DNA from: Rhizodiscina lignyota
Taxonomy: Eukaryota
NCBI GenBank assembly: GCA_010015805.1
Contig: ML978131.1
Span: 124,001 to 188,000, forward strand
Length of the DNA: 64,000 bases
Direction of reading: 5' to 3'
The stretch's first letter is position 1, and each line of letters opens with the position of its first letter. The notes under the pieces were generated by a model. That model was not told the DNA's origin and ran no database searches. It saw only the letters and a program-made list of their open reading frames with translations. Shown here piece by piece: positions 13,359 to 26,312 of the stretch. The position numbers were made by a program, and so were the translations under genes.

Positions 13359-15211
13359 ATGGATTGGCGGAGACTTGCGGAGTCCAAGAGAGAGGCACTG
13401 CGAACTGCCATCCCCTCAGCTTGGAGGCTTGCAGAGTCCGATATCCCTCCAGCCGCGCGACTGAAAGATGTCGTATCCATTGTTCCGCAGTTTCTCAGCC
13501 CACTTGAGCTGCAGATTACCAACTCACCGCCAATGGTCATTATCGAAGAAGTGCAAAACTTGAACTGGTCAGCATTAGAAGTAACACGTGCATTTTGCCA
13601 TCGCGCCGCCATAGCGCATCAGTTGGTAAGTCTTGGAGAATGGCATTGAAGCTCTTATGGAACCCAATGCTAAGTACAACCAGACAAACTGTCTCGCTGA
13701 GATATGCTTCGAAGCAGCTGAGAAGAGAGCTAGCGAACTTGACACATCGCTTCGCATCACTGGTCGAACTACTGGCCCGCTTCATGGACTTCCCATCAGC
13801 CTCAAAGATCGCTTTCATGTCAGTGGCCTCGAGACCGCATGTGGGTATGTTAGCTGGCTCGGAAGCGTCAAGAGTGCCAAAGATGAAGGCGTTCTGGTGC
13901 AGAGGCTTAGACAAGCCGGCGCCATCATCATCGCCAAAACAAACGTACCAATGAGTATGTTGATTGCGGAAACTGTTAACAATATTGTCGGTTCAACCAT
14001 CAATCCCTACAACCGCTGCCTCAGCGCTGGCGGCGCTTGCGGTGGAGAAGGCGCCTTGCTTGCACTCCGCGGCTCCCCCATGGGCTGGGGCTCTGATATA
14101 GCTGGATCAGTACGGATCCCTTGTGGATTTAACAACATCTTTGGTTTGCGCCCTTCATTCGGTCGGATCTCCAGAAGTGGTATGGCACAAAATCTTGCTG
14201 GACTTCCCACTGGAGCGAGCGTTGTAGGTCCGATGTGCGCAGACCTGACCTCCCTGACTGCAATGGTGAAATGGATCATCAGTTCGAATTCCTGGCAGGA
14301 TGACCATGAAGTTATAGACCTCCCATGGAACGAAGAGAGATTCACAAGCACCCGCAATAGAATATGCCAGCCTGGCAAGGGGAACGGGACACTTGTGTTC
14401 GGTATGATGAGTTGTGATGGGGAAGTCCTTCCACATCCACCAGTGCGACGAGCAATGAGGATGGTCAAAGACGCTCTTCTTCAATCCGGTTATGAGGTTC
14501 TTGAATGGAATCCGCCTCCCCATAGCCCGGCTGCCGATGTCCTATTCCAGATACTGGGTTCGACTGCCGGGGAAGAAGTTCGCAAGGCGATTCACGCTAG
14601 CCATGAGCCTCCAATCCCACAGCTGTCAGAACTATTCGGTAGCGGTGATATGGAACCTTCGCCAACCTCAGAATTCTGGAAGCTCTGTGATATGCGAGAA
14701 GCCTTTCGTGCTCAATATCACGAATACTGGAAGTCGACCCGAGAACTCACAGCATGCAGAAGGGCTGTCGACGGGGTAATCCTGCCCACAGCCGCACATG
14801 CAGCTCCTCCAGAAGGCACATTTAAATATCACGGTGAGTCTTCAATCTTTTCGCTAGACTGCAAAGAGGTTGTTGTCTGACCCTGTCTGATAGCATATAC
14901 TGCCATTCCAAGTACATTGGACTTCACCACTGGGGTCGTACCGGTGACGTTTGCAGACTGCTTCATCGATAACCGGGATGTTAATTACCAACCCCTGGGG
15001 GCGAGGGATCGCGCCAACTGGCATCTCTGTATGTTTCCGATGATTTCTTAATCGGGATCCCTGCTGACCGATTGGGATTGTAGATCACGAAGATCTTTTT
15101 GACGGAGCGCCGGTAGGGGTACAAGTCATGGGACAAAGGCTGCAAGAAGAGAAGGTCCTCGCAATGATGGAAGCTGTCCAGAATGCTCTCCAGCAATACA
15201 GGATGGGATGA
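13359..15211 (+). CDS. Amidase signature family protein (acetamidase/AmdS-like); ~4 exons
   Basis: GPLHGLPISLKD, AKTNVPMS, GGACGGEGALLA..GSPMGWGSDIAGSVRIP amidase signature; C-terminal GAPVGVQVMGQRLQEEKVL. Confidence 0.9.
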
Positions 15212-15665
15212 GATTTCCCCGCATTAAGAACATGGGATCAAGGTCACGAAGATGTTGCTCTGAAATGTATCGACTAATGGACCCTTGTCCAACACACTCG
15301 GTGGATTCGGGCGCAACGGCAGGGTCGGTAACGCTAAGCCTAATTGAGATACCCCTTTAGTAGAGCCGCCGCAATTGTCACCAAGAGAATGGAATTCACA
15401 TCGCTATTCCTGTTCCGGCGTCATATCAGTATCATATTTATTACGACACCTGCAATTTATTTGTTTGATCAAAATTGCTAGCGTTAGTTTCTCTGTATCC
15501 CGGCCAGCGCGATCCCGGACCCAAAATAAGTGCCTTCAGCCTGTTCATGTTCCGTGCCTTTATGTCGGACTACTCATTTTCTATTTCACTTCTCACATTC
15601 ACTCCAATTCCTTTCTTATCCTAAACGAAATGCATTGAGAGTCTTGCTTCCTTTGCACAACAATT

Positions 15666-17267
15666 ATGGCGGCCGACCAGCAAGATGGCACGCCGCAATC
15701 GTTGCAGCCTCACACACCTCTATCAGAAGCCATCACAGAGCAGGATTCTCTATCAGGAGACGTGGATCAGTCTGTATCGCATCCAAGAAGGCCATCTCAC
15801 CTACCACATCGTCTCTCTAGCGCCCACTCACACTCAACCGCGGGCCGGTCCTCCATGTCCGACTATGCCAATATAGATGAGCTCGCCGCTCCTCCTCCGG
15901 TGGAAAATCCGTATGAGAGGCGATGGTACAGACATGAAAGCATCGAAGATCGGAGATCTCCAGACCCTGAGTACAGACGCAAGTCTAGTATTTCACCGGA
16001 TCGATCTGCGGAAGCGCAGAGAGTCGGCACACTACCTGATTATGGGGGGCTGGATGAGATCATAGGGCCTCCGCCAGCGGAGGACATAGAAGAAGGGCCA
16101 TGGCAGCGGCGGCATAGTCTTGAAGAAACAAGAACTGATGAGCTCGAAGAAGAGAAAAAATCGCGACTCCCTTTCTCGAAACTTCGTTCGATGAACATGT
16201 ACAATGTCTCGAACCTAATATTCTTTTCGATCTTGGGAACACTGGCGAGACTGGGACTTCAAGCGCTCACCACCTATCCGAATGCGCCCGTTATTATGAG
16301 TGAGGTATGGGCCAACGTCGGTGGGAGCTTCATTCTTGGTTTCCTACAAGAAGACAAAGCTATTTTCTCGAATCGGAGAAGTGAAGCTATCCCCGGACCA
16401 ACGCCTAATGAAAGCGAGACTTCCGACACCGAGAATGCAGCGCAGACTCCTCCAACAGATAATGAAAAGAAATCTGCAGAACTTGATCTCCTTCAAGTAA
16501 AGAAGACTCTTCCGCCATATATTGGTCTCACAGTTGGCTTCTGTGGATCTTTTACGTCATTTTCGGCACTAATACGCGACGCATTCCTTGCTCTCTCGAA
16601 TGACCTTCTACCAGCGAACCCTGGAGCCCCATCTCGCCACACAGGATACAGCGCAGCCGCGGTTACTGCAGTCTTGATTGCCGAGACAGGCCTCTCCCTC
16701 GCGGCATTGTCTTCTGGCGCTCATTTCGCTCTGGCTTGTGCGCCGATCCTCTCCCGCTTTCCCAATACAGGGTTCCGCCGACTGCTAAATCCTCTCATGC
16801 TACTCCTAGGTCCTGGATGTTGGCTTGGTGCGGTTTTACTAGCCATTTGGCCTGTACAGAATGTATGGCGCGGCGAAGTAGTCTTTGCTCTTGTCTTTGC
16901 ACCGATTGGCTGCCTGATGCGATTCGCTCTGGCGCTAACACTCAATGGCATCAGCAGCATGTTTCCATTTGGCACCTTTGCGGCAAATGTCTTTGGCTCA
17001 TGGGTATTAGCCATGTGCTTCGATTTGCAGCGCTCAAGTTCCGGGCAGGCCGTTGTGTCGTGCCAGGTCTTACAGGGCGTTGAAGATGGGTTTTCTGGTT
17101 GCCTGACGACAGTGAGCACGTGGGTTGCAGAGTTGAAGGGCTTACGGCGGAGGCACGCGTATACATATGGCGCCGCGAGCCTCGGCGTGAGCTTCGCAGG
17201 CTTTTTGATTATCGTGGGATCGCTGCGATGGACTATGGGCTTCGATACTCCGCTTTGCAAGGTTTAG
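15666..17267 (+). CDS. Fluoride exporter FEX (two CrcB/Fluc domains)
   Basis: Two CrcB repeats: GTLARLGL..WANVGGSFILG..GLTVGFCGSFTSFS and GCLMRF..GTFAANVFG..DGFSGCLTTVSTW. Confidence 0.9.
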   Translation: MAADQQDGTPQSLQPHTPLSEAITEQDSLSGDVDQSVSHPRRPSHLPHRLSSAHSHSTAGRSSMSDYANIDELAAPPPVENPYERRWYRHESIEDRRSPDPEYRRKSSISPDRSAEAQRVGTLPDYGGLDEIIGPPPAEDIEEGPWQRRHSLEETRTDELEEEKKSRLPFSKLRSMNMYNVSNLIFFSILGTLARLGLQALTTYPNAPVIMSEVWANVGGSFILGFLQEDKAIFSNRRSEAIPGPTPNESETSDTENAAQTPPTDNEKKSAELDLLQVKKTLPPYIGLTVGFCGSFTSFSALIRDAFLALSNDLLPANPGAPSRHTGYSAAAVTAVLIAETGLSLAALSSGAHFALACAPILSRFPNTGFRRLLNPLMLLLGPGCWLGAVLLAIWPVQNVWRGEVVFALVFAPIGCLMRFALALTLNGISSMFPFGTFAANVFGSWVLAMCFDLQRSSSGQAVVSCQVLQGVEDGFSGCLTTVSTWVAELKGLRRRHAYTYGAASLGVSFAGFLIIVGSLRWTMGFDTPLCKV

Positions 17268-17363
17268 AATGTACAGATTCACCTCTTTGTATCATGATCC
17301 CTCGATAGATAGATGATGCGCCTTTTCTACGCCTAGCGCACCAATTCCAAACATACGCCTTCT

Positions 17364-18272
17364 TCAATCACTCACTTTAATGCCATAGGTGCCGCACTGG
17401 AAATTCTCCAGGCTCCGAATCATCTCAGCCCAGTCGTCCTCTGATCTGATAATCTCGTCCCGTAATGGATCCGACATAGTTTCGCTCGAAGGACTAGTGC
17501 CATTGAAATCTGGTGGTGATCCATCCTTTTCCGTCCTTCCCATCAGTACGTCTTGCTCCCTTCCTTTGCAGACTTGGGCCAATCCTTTATGTGGCACCCA
17601 AACAACTCGCATTCCGGCCCTTCTCCCAGCCTCTACTCCGGCAATAGAGTCTTCGAAGACAATGCATTCATTTGCATCTAGTGGCCTTTCTCCGTGTTGC
17701 ACGCAGCTCTCATTCAAGCGCTTTAGAGCGAGAAGGAAGATATCTGGCATCGGCTTCGTGTCGGACCCGGCCAGATCTGGGTCATCGCCGAAGACCCTAT
17801 ACTCCTTTGCAAAGTAAGATGGCAGATTCGGGACCTGAGTAGTTTTGACATCAAAGAGCGCTTTGTCTGCGGAGGTGGCCAGTGCCATTTTGATTGGTGG
17901 TGACACCCTTTTCGTCAATTTCTCCAGAAGTTCTACGACTCCAGGTAGGAGGTTGCATTTGGTAAAGAGATGCTGTTGTGATTTCTCTTTGGCTCTGAAC
18001 TCTTCTGCTGATAGTGGCAAGTTGGCCCAGTCAAGAATGCGCTGAGATTTCAGTTAACTGTAAGGCGAGTCTTTGCAATCCTTGGGGTGTTTTAAGGAAC
18101 TTACGGATGTCCCTCTACTTTGCTGTATTGCCTTGATAGCCCAAGGGAAGTCCGGTTTGCCATATTCTCGTAAGATGTTATTGTATATTTCGGTGTAGAC
18201 GTCTTCTGAATTGATGAGTGTCCCGTCTACATCGAAGATACAAGCGCGGACAGGAGGGAATTGAATCGCCAT
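17364..18272 (-). CDS. HAD-superfamily hydrolase (GS1/pseudouridine-5'-phosphatase-like); one intron
   Basis: Motif I FDVDGTLINSED, ALATS, KPMPDIFL, and motif IV VFEDSIAGVEAGRRAGMRVVWVP. Confidence 0.88.
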
Positions 18273-18629
18273 TGCTGCGAATCAGCATCGGAATATCAGA
18301 GCACGCAAGAGAGGTGTTCTTCTGGAGTGAGTTGATTAATTGAGAGAGAACTCTATGACGAAGAAAAATACCTATGGGTATACTCTACACTGTGCGGTGC
18401 TGACGTCTGTGACGAACGCTGCCGCGGCGCACACCTACCTAACACCGCCCTGACACAGAGGACTGGTCCGCTTAATTGATTTTGACTTTGATGCCATTGG
18501 GCAAATGCGGCTCTCTCGCACGAATGACTTGCTTACCAGTGAAGGAAAATACAGTAATAAGTACTATGTAAGATGACACGGCGATTAGACGAGAACTTTA
18601 TCGTATCCCAAAACAGGAAAGGCGTGTGG

Positions 18630-18664
18630 CGCGTCGCGTCGCGTCGCGTCCCAGACGACGCGAC
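18630..18664. repeat. (CGCGT)x4 tandem repeat plus an inverted copy, upstream of the HAD gene
   Basis: CGCGTCGCGTCGCGTCGCGTC-CCAGAC-GACGCGAC read directly. Confidence 0.6.
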
Positions 18665-19017
18665 TTCAAGCTGTCGTCCAGATTTCACACACACACTGAA
18701 GCAGAAGACCAACCTCGTTAAAAGAGGATTGTTGTTAACATTGTCCACAATTAAACGAACGGCCTCACACTCACTGACGTTCACCGGGCGTATTAACTCT
18801 CGCGGCAGAGTAGGATCCATGAACTCCGGCCAATGGAACCTCATAGTAATATGATGTAGCGTGCTGCTTAGTTGTATAATCCCCCTAGCACGCTGCTACT
18901 ACAATTCTTACTAGTTCTCTATGATGCTCCTTAAACCATGCTGTCTTTGGGATTTCAAGATCGAACGAACCATCAAGCTTACCGTACATTATATTTTGAT
19001 GTCACGTAAGCTGAATA

Positions 19018-20546
19018 TCAGCTTCGCCGCAACCTCTTTGTACGGCTACGCCCTTCACCCATGTTCACTACAATCCTTTTACCGGACACCTCATGTCGCC
19101 GCAGCCTGCCGAGAGATTGGTTGACAGCTTTGAGACCACCCTCCACAACGTCAACTTCGATCAGTTTTATAGCCTTTGAGTCCAGAAGCTCATACATCCA
19201 CGACGAGAGTGTTCTACCTATCTCTGGATTTGTATGGAAGAGCTTTATCGGAAGTTGATGCGACCGAACCTGCGGATGAGGTTGTTTTGGGCCACTTGCT
19301 AAGCAAACCAGATGACTTCGCTGCCCATCTTTGGGAGTCTCTTTCTTGGGAGCGTTTTGAAGGAGTAGCGATTCACACCATATTGCAGTTTCCCTGCCTA
19401 TGGTGTCTAATCCTAGTCTGACTTCCCCCTTCGTCTCCTTGCGGATGATCTCTGCCGACTCCTCTAGGTTATGGCGATCAACAACGAGGTCTGCGAGCAG
19501 TCAGTTTGACAAGAGTGTAGCAACTACTATGCTACCCACCTGCTCCTAAGTTCTCCAGTCTTTCTTTGTGCCGTTTCGTGTCGACTACCGCAACTACACG
19601 CATACCACACATCTTCGCAAGTTGGACTGCTATCTGGCCGGATATTGCGGACGCTATTGTGGGCTCAGTACGGCACTCATGACGACAATTACTGCTTACT
19701 GACCTCCCATTATGAGTAGCCAATCACCTATTTGTGCCCTTTCTGCTGTTGGAATACCATTGAACACTACGTCTCTGACATCCTCTGGGACTTCATGCTC
19801 TTGTTGTGTCTGTGCGAGCAAGCACAGATCTAATTCTTTCCCAGATTTCTTCATGAAGAACTTCTGTCCAAGACAGACGCCAAGAGAAAGAGTTGCAGTA
19901 ACAAAAGCAACGCCCATCCCAGATATGGTTTCCGTCGATATGGTCTCCGGCACTCGCAAGACATTGAAGGCCGATGAGATTGCGAACTCTTGGAAGGCTG
20001 CCTTGCGGTAGTCACGGTAGTCTGTAGAGATTGCAAGGACCTACATCTTGTTAGCAGAGTTCACAGTTGCTAGGGAAGAAACCGCACTGTATCTCCGACT
20101 TTCAGGTCGTCAGCCTCCGTTTCCTTCTTTGCGACGATCTTGCCGACGAATTCACGACCGTACACACACGGAAAGGAAGGGATCCCATATCCGTATGCCC
20201 TAAAGCCAGATCAGCTTTGCTATCGTCAAGACTGTCAAATTGCTTACGCTGCTTTCCAGTCAATTGGATTCAGCCCAATGGATTTGACCTCTATCAAAAG
20301 CTCTTCTGGATGATGCAGCGCCGGCAGAGGCACGGTTTCAATCTCATAGTCTCCTCCGACATGATGCAGCTGTAGCTGTTTCTGAGAAGATGGTAATACT
20401 CTAGGCCTTTTCCGGCGGTGATTTTTCACATGTGGCCGACTTGGTCTGACTGCTGGAGTCTCTGTGTCTTCCTCGGGAGCCTGATCCTCACCCTCAAACT
20501 TTCTCTTCGACCCATGCTGAAGGGTGACATCCGCTGGAAGTCGCAT
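19018..20546 (-). CDS. MDR/GroES-like oxidoreductase (enoyl-reductase/quinone-oxidoreductase type), multi-exon; start uncertain
   Basis: ELLIEVKSIGLNPIDWK, GVAFVTATLSLG, WLLIMGG..QLAKMCGMRVVAV; last exon ends GGLKAVNQSLGRLRRHEVSGKRIVV...*. Confidence 0.75.
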
Positions 20547-21151
20547 ACTGTTCTTGCTCGGCGCACTGATTTTTCACAGCTCGTCAAATTACATGTCATG
20601 TACTGCGGCGAATGTGATCTTCAAACTACGCATCATCATGGATATCGGCAATGCGGCCTCCGATTGCGGAATTCGAGTTAGACTCGGCTATTTGCATCTA
20701 CGGTAAGACTAATCGATGGAATTTCCGTTGACAAAATTCTCTTCTGGACAGCTAAATTTCTTCGAGTTTGGAGAGCTAATCCGGCATTGCTTCATTTACC
20801 CTGCATATGGTGCAATAATTGTGGATCGCTCTAGTGCAAGGATACCGTACGCTACAAAGATCATGAATCGCTGCGGGCCGCAACGAAATGTCCAAAGGCT
20901 ATCCAATAGCATGATTTGCAGCCACGAGTCTCAATCACGAGTTCTGGACCGTGGCACATAGTGCTTATTGTGATTCGCCGACCAAACAACATCGACGTCA
21001 ATATTATGTTCCACAAAGGAATGCGCATCTAGATTTCTCGGCTAACCTAAGAAGGTGCGGATATCAATTTTTCTATCATTGATATTACTTGTCGAATCAA
21101 CTGTATTGCAGACCCAACTCCGAACCAGAAACCGGAATTGTATAGCAGGGA

Positions 21152-22699
21152 CTATTCCGGGATGGTATGATCAAGAGCCTCAACACCAGCTTTCCACCGA
21201 TACTTTGCCGCAGTATGCGAAGGGAGCGGTCCAGTCTGTCCCTTGGTGAGGTACAGGTTCTCGCGATATGTCCCTCCCGGAATTGCATAATCCTTCCAGA
21301 AGAGTCCTCGTCTACGTAGCTCCGGAATCAGGAGCTCTGCAACATCAACGAAAGAGCCTGGTTTGATCGCGTAGGCCTGCAAAGAGTCAGCATACAAACA
21401 TGAAAAGGAGACCCGTCAGTCAAATACAATGTTGAATCCGTCGACATCGGCTTCCTCGACCCATCGCTCGAACTCATCAGCAACCTGCTCGGGAGTGCCC
21501 ACCACCGTCGCACCGAGCCCTCCAATGGTAATGTGCTTGGCGACGGTATGCTTCGTCCATTTCGGTACAGACGGCGAAGCTTTAGACCACGCTTCAACAG
21601 CCGATCGAATGGCATTGCTCTCTACGTGCCGAAGTTCCTCGTCGTCTCCGTATGTTGAAAGGTCAATACCTGTCCAGCCGCCAAACAAGGCCAATGCACC
21701 TTCTATGGATCCGTACCGTTGATACTGATTAAACTTCTTCAACGCTTCTTCCTCTCTTCGACCGATTACGGGGCAGATTAGCGCCATGAACTTAATATCC
21801 GACGGATTGCGGCCGAACTGGTCCCTAGCCATTTGGCGAATCTCGGCAATATTCTTCGCGACAACGGAAGGACTATGGCCGGCAACGAATATACCTTCTG
21901 CATGCTGGGCGGCGAAGGTCTTGCCCGCCTTCGAAGTGCCTGCCTGTAAAAGAAGAGGAGTTCTTTGCGGTGATGGCTGACAGATATGAGGCCCTGGGAC
22001 GGTGTAGTGCTTTCCGACATGATTGATTTCGCGAACTCGTGATGGCTCTGTGTATATGCCGCGTTTCCTGTCGAGTACTACTGCATCATCCCGCCATGAT
22101 GATTCAAACAGCTTATACATCACTTTCATATACTCTTCCGCCACAGCATAGCGGTCGTCGTGAGCGGGTTGCTCTGTCGCTCCGAGGTTGCGTGCGGCAG
22201 AGTCGAGATAACCAGTAACAATATTCCACCCTATGCGGCCCTTCGTGAGATGATCTACGGTGGATAATCGTCGCGCGAGATGGTATGGCTGCTCATACGT
22301 AGTCGCCACTGTTACGCCGAAGCCGATGCTCTTCGTCGCTGCTGCCATTGCGGGAACAACTGCCTAATTGACATTTCTCACTGAGCTTTAATTCTACCCT
22401 CGGTCAATGCTCGCACTCACCAACGGTTCGTTCACAGGCCATTGAGCTCCAGAAATGATCGCAGGCTCCAGATTGCGTGGACCACGATATACATCGTAGC
22501 CTCCAAGCACATCTGCGATGAAAATTCCATGTATTTTGGCCTTTTCGCACAATTTCGCAAGCTCGACCCAGTGCTCTATGTCATTGAATTCCGAGGAGTG
22601 ATCGTCTGGATGCTGCCACAAGCCCGGCGATTGATGGCCGGAACATGATTCAACAAAGGCATTGAGAATGAGCTGCTTCTTGTGGGTGCCGTTCGACAT
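21152..22699 (-). CDS. Luciferase-like FMNH2-dependent monooxygenase, DszA/NtaA/SnaA family (paralog 1); 2 introns
   Basis: LILNAFVE.CSGHQSPGLW.HP, GIFIADVLGGYDVY, MAAATKSIGFGVT, RRLSTVDHLTKGRIGWNIVTGY, PSPQRTPLLLQAGTS, LLIPELRRRGLFW.DY..PGGTYRENLY. Confidence 0.92.
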
Positions 22700-23729
22700 G
22701 CTTGACGAAGTTGTGGAAATTTGGAGCTCAACTGACAACCGTCAAAGAGCAGCATTTGAAGGACCCGCCCATTCGACGCCATTGTGCGTTTGGGTCTGGT
22801 CTGGAAGCGCTGTTCCTTCACAAGGGCTTTTGATTTTTGTTGGCACCGATGGCGTGGTTACTCTTGCGTGCTTTGGACCCCGGTCGCCGCATTGCCGCAA
22901 TTGTGCAAACTATACCAAATAAAGGTTAGTGTCTGCGCCGACTCTTCTATCAAACAGGGGTCATCTGTCGTCACTCGTCCTCCGCCTCCGCTTTCCTGCT
23001 CTTCAACTCATGAACGCCATATCTGACATGTGCTGAAGCTGGACCAGGCATCCGAAACCGCAAGGCTACGAGTAGTGCGAGGAGCATTCATTCGCCAATT
23101 GGGCTAAGAGTCTACTGTGCTTCTCGCTTCCACGGATTAGAAGCTGCCGTCGAACAGCACACTGTGCCTCTTGGAGTTCCTTCAGCTGTGCTTTCCTACA
23201 TCTCTTATTTTATCTACTGCATGTGTATTGATTATTTGGCTCGATTCATCATTCAAAAGTCCAAATATAGAGAGATTAACAAGCGGCCAGTTTGACGTGA
23301 ACAGAATAAATATGAATACGCCTGCTACTTCTTATAGCCTTGGTAAATTTTCTTTAGGAGAACTTGAGGTCACTAGAGATCTCGCATTCAGCCACCCGAT
23401 CCCAAGGAACTAGCTCCTTAGCTGTCGAAGACTGCAAATTTGCGTCAACGAAGGGACCCACCGACGAGCACGCAATCCTGACAGAAGTGCGCTCGCTCAC
23501 AGTTTGTTACTTGATTTTATCCAGTCTAGACTGTCTTGCCCTCCCTCGAGTCAGATCATCATGAAGACTCGCTTCTATTGGCCCGTTATTGCCAACAACC
23601 TCGCAGTCCGGCTATGATGAGTTCTTCTGTTGATTCAATTCCCCGAGCTATTTGATATCTCCAGGATCCCGCCTCTGCAGAGGTAACTTTTCTCACAGTC
23701 ACTATTGGAGACTCTGAACAAACTTAGCA

Positions 23730-26279
23730 ATGAGTTCGTTGCACCAGCGAGCAGCAGTGTCTAGCAATGGCATTGAGCCGCCCCTGTCGCAAGCTGTCGG
23801 CTATGTCATTGTGCTTGTGGTTGGATTGCTTATCGCTTTTGGTATGCAAATTATCGCATTGTTGACAATCTGATGCTGACGAAGCCAGGCATGGTGTTCC
23901 TTACGAGATTGCTCAAGCGCACTGTCGGCGAGGACAATGCGAAGACAGAGATGTTCATGACAGCTAATCGCAGCGTTCGAACCGGCTTGACGGCATCAGC
24001 AGTCGTATCCGTATGTTTTAGTTCGCTTAAACCATGTTTAAATTGTAGCGATATATGTCTAACGGACAAATAGTCTTGGCTATGGAGTACCGCAATGCTG
24101 GGCTCATCCATCGTTGGCTACACAAATGGAGTCTCTGGTCCCTTTTGGTTTGCAGCTGGATGCAGTCCCATGATAGTCTTCTTCGCTCTGCTTGGAATAT
24201 CATGCAAGCGAAAGATTCCCGAAGCTCACACCCTTCTTGAGATTGTACGCATCAGATATGGTAAGAGATCCGAGCTTCAAGAGATGTGCAAGATTTCTTA
24301 CAGTGGAATGCCAGGCACCACGGCGCATTTCGTGTATATGTTTTTATGTCTAGTGAACAACATCATTGCCTGCGCGAATATGCTGCTTGGCGCCTCCGCC
24401 GTTATTACAGCAATGTAAGCACGGTTTAGTCAACTAAGGAGCATCACGCTGAAGAAGCTTAGGACTGGAATCCATATAATAGCAGCGACATTTCTCCTTC
24501 CTGTTGGTGTTGCACTTTATACTTTTGTGGGCGGCATAAAAGCTACGTAAGGATTAGACACTCCAGAGGTTTACATGACGCTTACCATGGCACAGGTTCC
24601 TGACTGATTACATGCACACGTTCACCATTCTCATAGTGCTCTGTTATTTCACTGCAAAGGCGTTCTCGATAGACGAAATTGGCTCGATCCAACACCTCTA
24701 CGATCTCCTCAAGGCCGCCGGGCAGCAGCATCCTGTCAGTGGAAACCATGACGGATCATACCTCACAATGACTTCCAAAGGCGTATGTAATGGTAACTTT
24801 ATGCAAGGAGCCAACTAAACAGAACCAGGGTATTGAGTTCGGCATCATCCATATTCTTGCCAACTTTGGACTTGTCATTGTACGGATCCCAGAAATAGTG
24901 TATAATAATTCGATAACTGACACCCCACTTTCAGATGGATACGAGCTTCTTCATCAAAGCGTTCTCGGCTGCTCCGTCATCAGTAGTTCCCGGTTACGTC
25001 GTAGGTGGCATAGCTTATTTCGCTATACCATGGGCAATCGGCACCTTGGCGAGCTCTATCTGCCTGGGACTCGAGACCACAAGCCCAATATTTCCAACGT
25101 ATCCTCGTGTATGGCTTCCTGTACGGATTATACATGATAACTATGCTAACCCCTGCGCAGAGACTGAGTACCACCGAAGTTGGAAGCGGTCTCATCCTCC
25201 CATATGCGTTTATCACGGTTGCTGGTAAGGGAGGAGCGGGCGCAATCGCGGTCATTACGTTCATGGCCGTCACTTCCACTCTGTCTGCACAGGTTATTGC
25301 TGTCAGCTCGATCATAAGCTTCGACATATATCGAACATACATCAGACCTGGTGCTACTGATGCCGATGTTATCCGTTGGAGTCACTACGGTGTTATCTTT
25401 TTCGCATTATTTGCCGCCGCCTTTAGTACGATGCTGCACTACGTTGGAATTGACTTGAGCTGGACATTGTATATGTTGGGTACGAAATCATACCACATGA
25501 TACGGGATTGGAATGCTAATCTGAGGAAGGCGTTCTTACATGTCCTGGTATCTTCCCGACAACATTCACCATTCTGTGGCGCAAGCAGAGCAGAGTCGCG
25601 GCCATTGTCGCTCCACTGCTTGGCATGGCTACTGGGCTAGGGGTATGGATCGGCACCGCTCATGCCTTCTCTGGAGAGATCTCTGTCGCTTCAACGGGCG
25701 CAGTGCTGCCGTGTGTATATGGCACTGCTGCGTCTGCGCTATCTCCAATCATTTACTCGGTAATCATCACGATTGTCAAGCCGGAAAACTACGACTGGGC
25801 AGACTTCAAGAAGGAAAAACTAGCGTTTGAGGTTGAGCATAGCACGACAGATATTGTGCAATCGGTCGACACGGAACTGGCAGATTCTGCGAGCAGTGTC
25901 CAGAAGTCACAAACCTTGAAACGATGGGCTCGCATCGCCGCATATTGGTCGATTGCCACGTTCCTTGGCCACTGGGTATTGTGGCCGCTTCCGATGTATG
26001 CTTCTCACTACATATTCGAAAAAGGCGTAAGTCACCGATAACTCATTTCTGCCACGAAGCTTTCGATGCTGACAAAAGCAGTTCTATGTCGCCTGGCTAG
26101 TCATTGGGTTTATCTGGCTTTGGATAACTCTATTCATTGTAGGTTTTTATCCAATAATTGACGGCCGTGATCAGATCTGGGCTGTATTGAAAGCTGTTCG
26201 GTCATCTCGTAAAACAGCCGAGCCCGACTCGAGTGCGAATAGCGCAACGGTAGTGGAGGTTCGCCAGGATGAGAAGTGA
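23730..26279 (+). CDS. Sodium:solute symporter, Dur3/urea-active-transporter family; ~10 introns
   Basis: PPLSQAVGY, EMFMTANRSVRTGLTASAVVS|SWLWST, GVSGPFWFAAG, AHTLLEIVRIRYG, YTFVGGIKA, FMAVTSTLSAQVIAVSSIISFDIYRTYI. Confidence 0.9.
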
Positions 26280-26312
26280 ATATGTACATGAAGGAGGATG
26301 ATTGATGTATTT

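Noticed and set aside
23050..23730. TPP riboswitch upstream of the SSS transporter (some fungal SSS genes carry one)
   Set aside because: No CTGAGA or GATAATxCCAGCG core found; only a short probable 5' UTR intron (~23682-23727).
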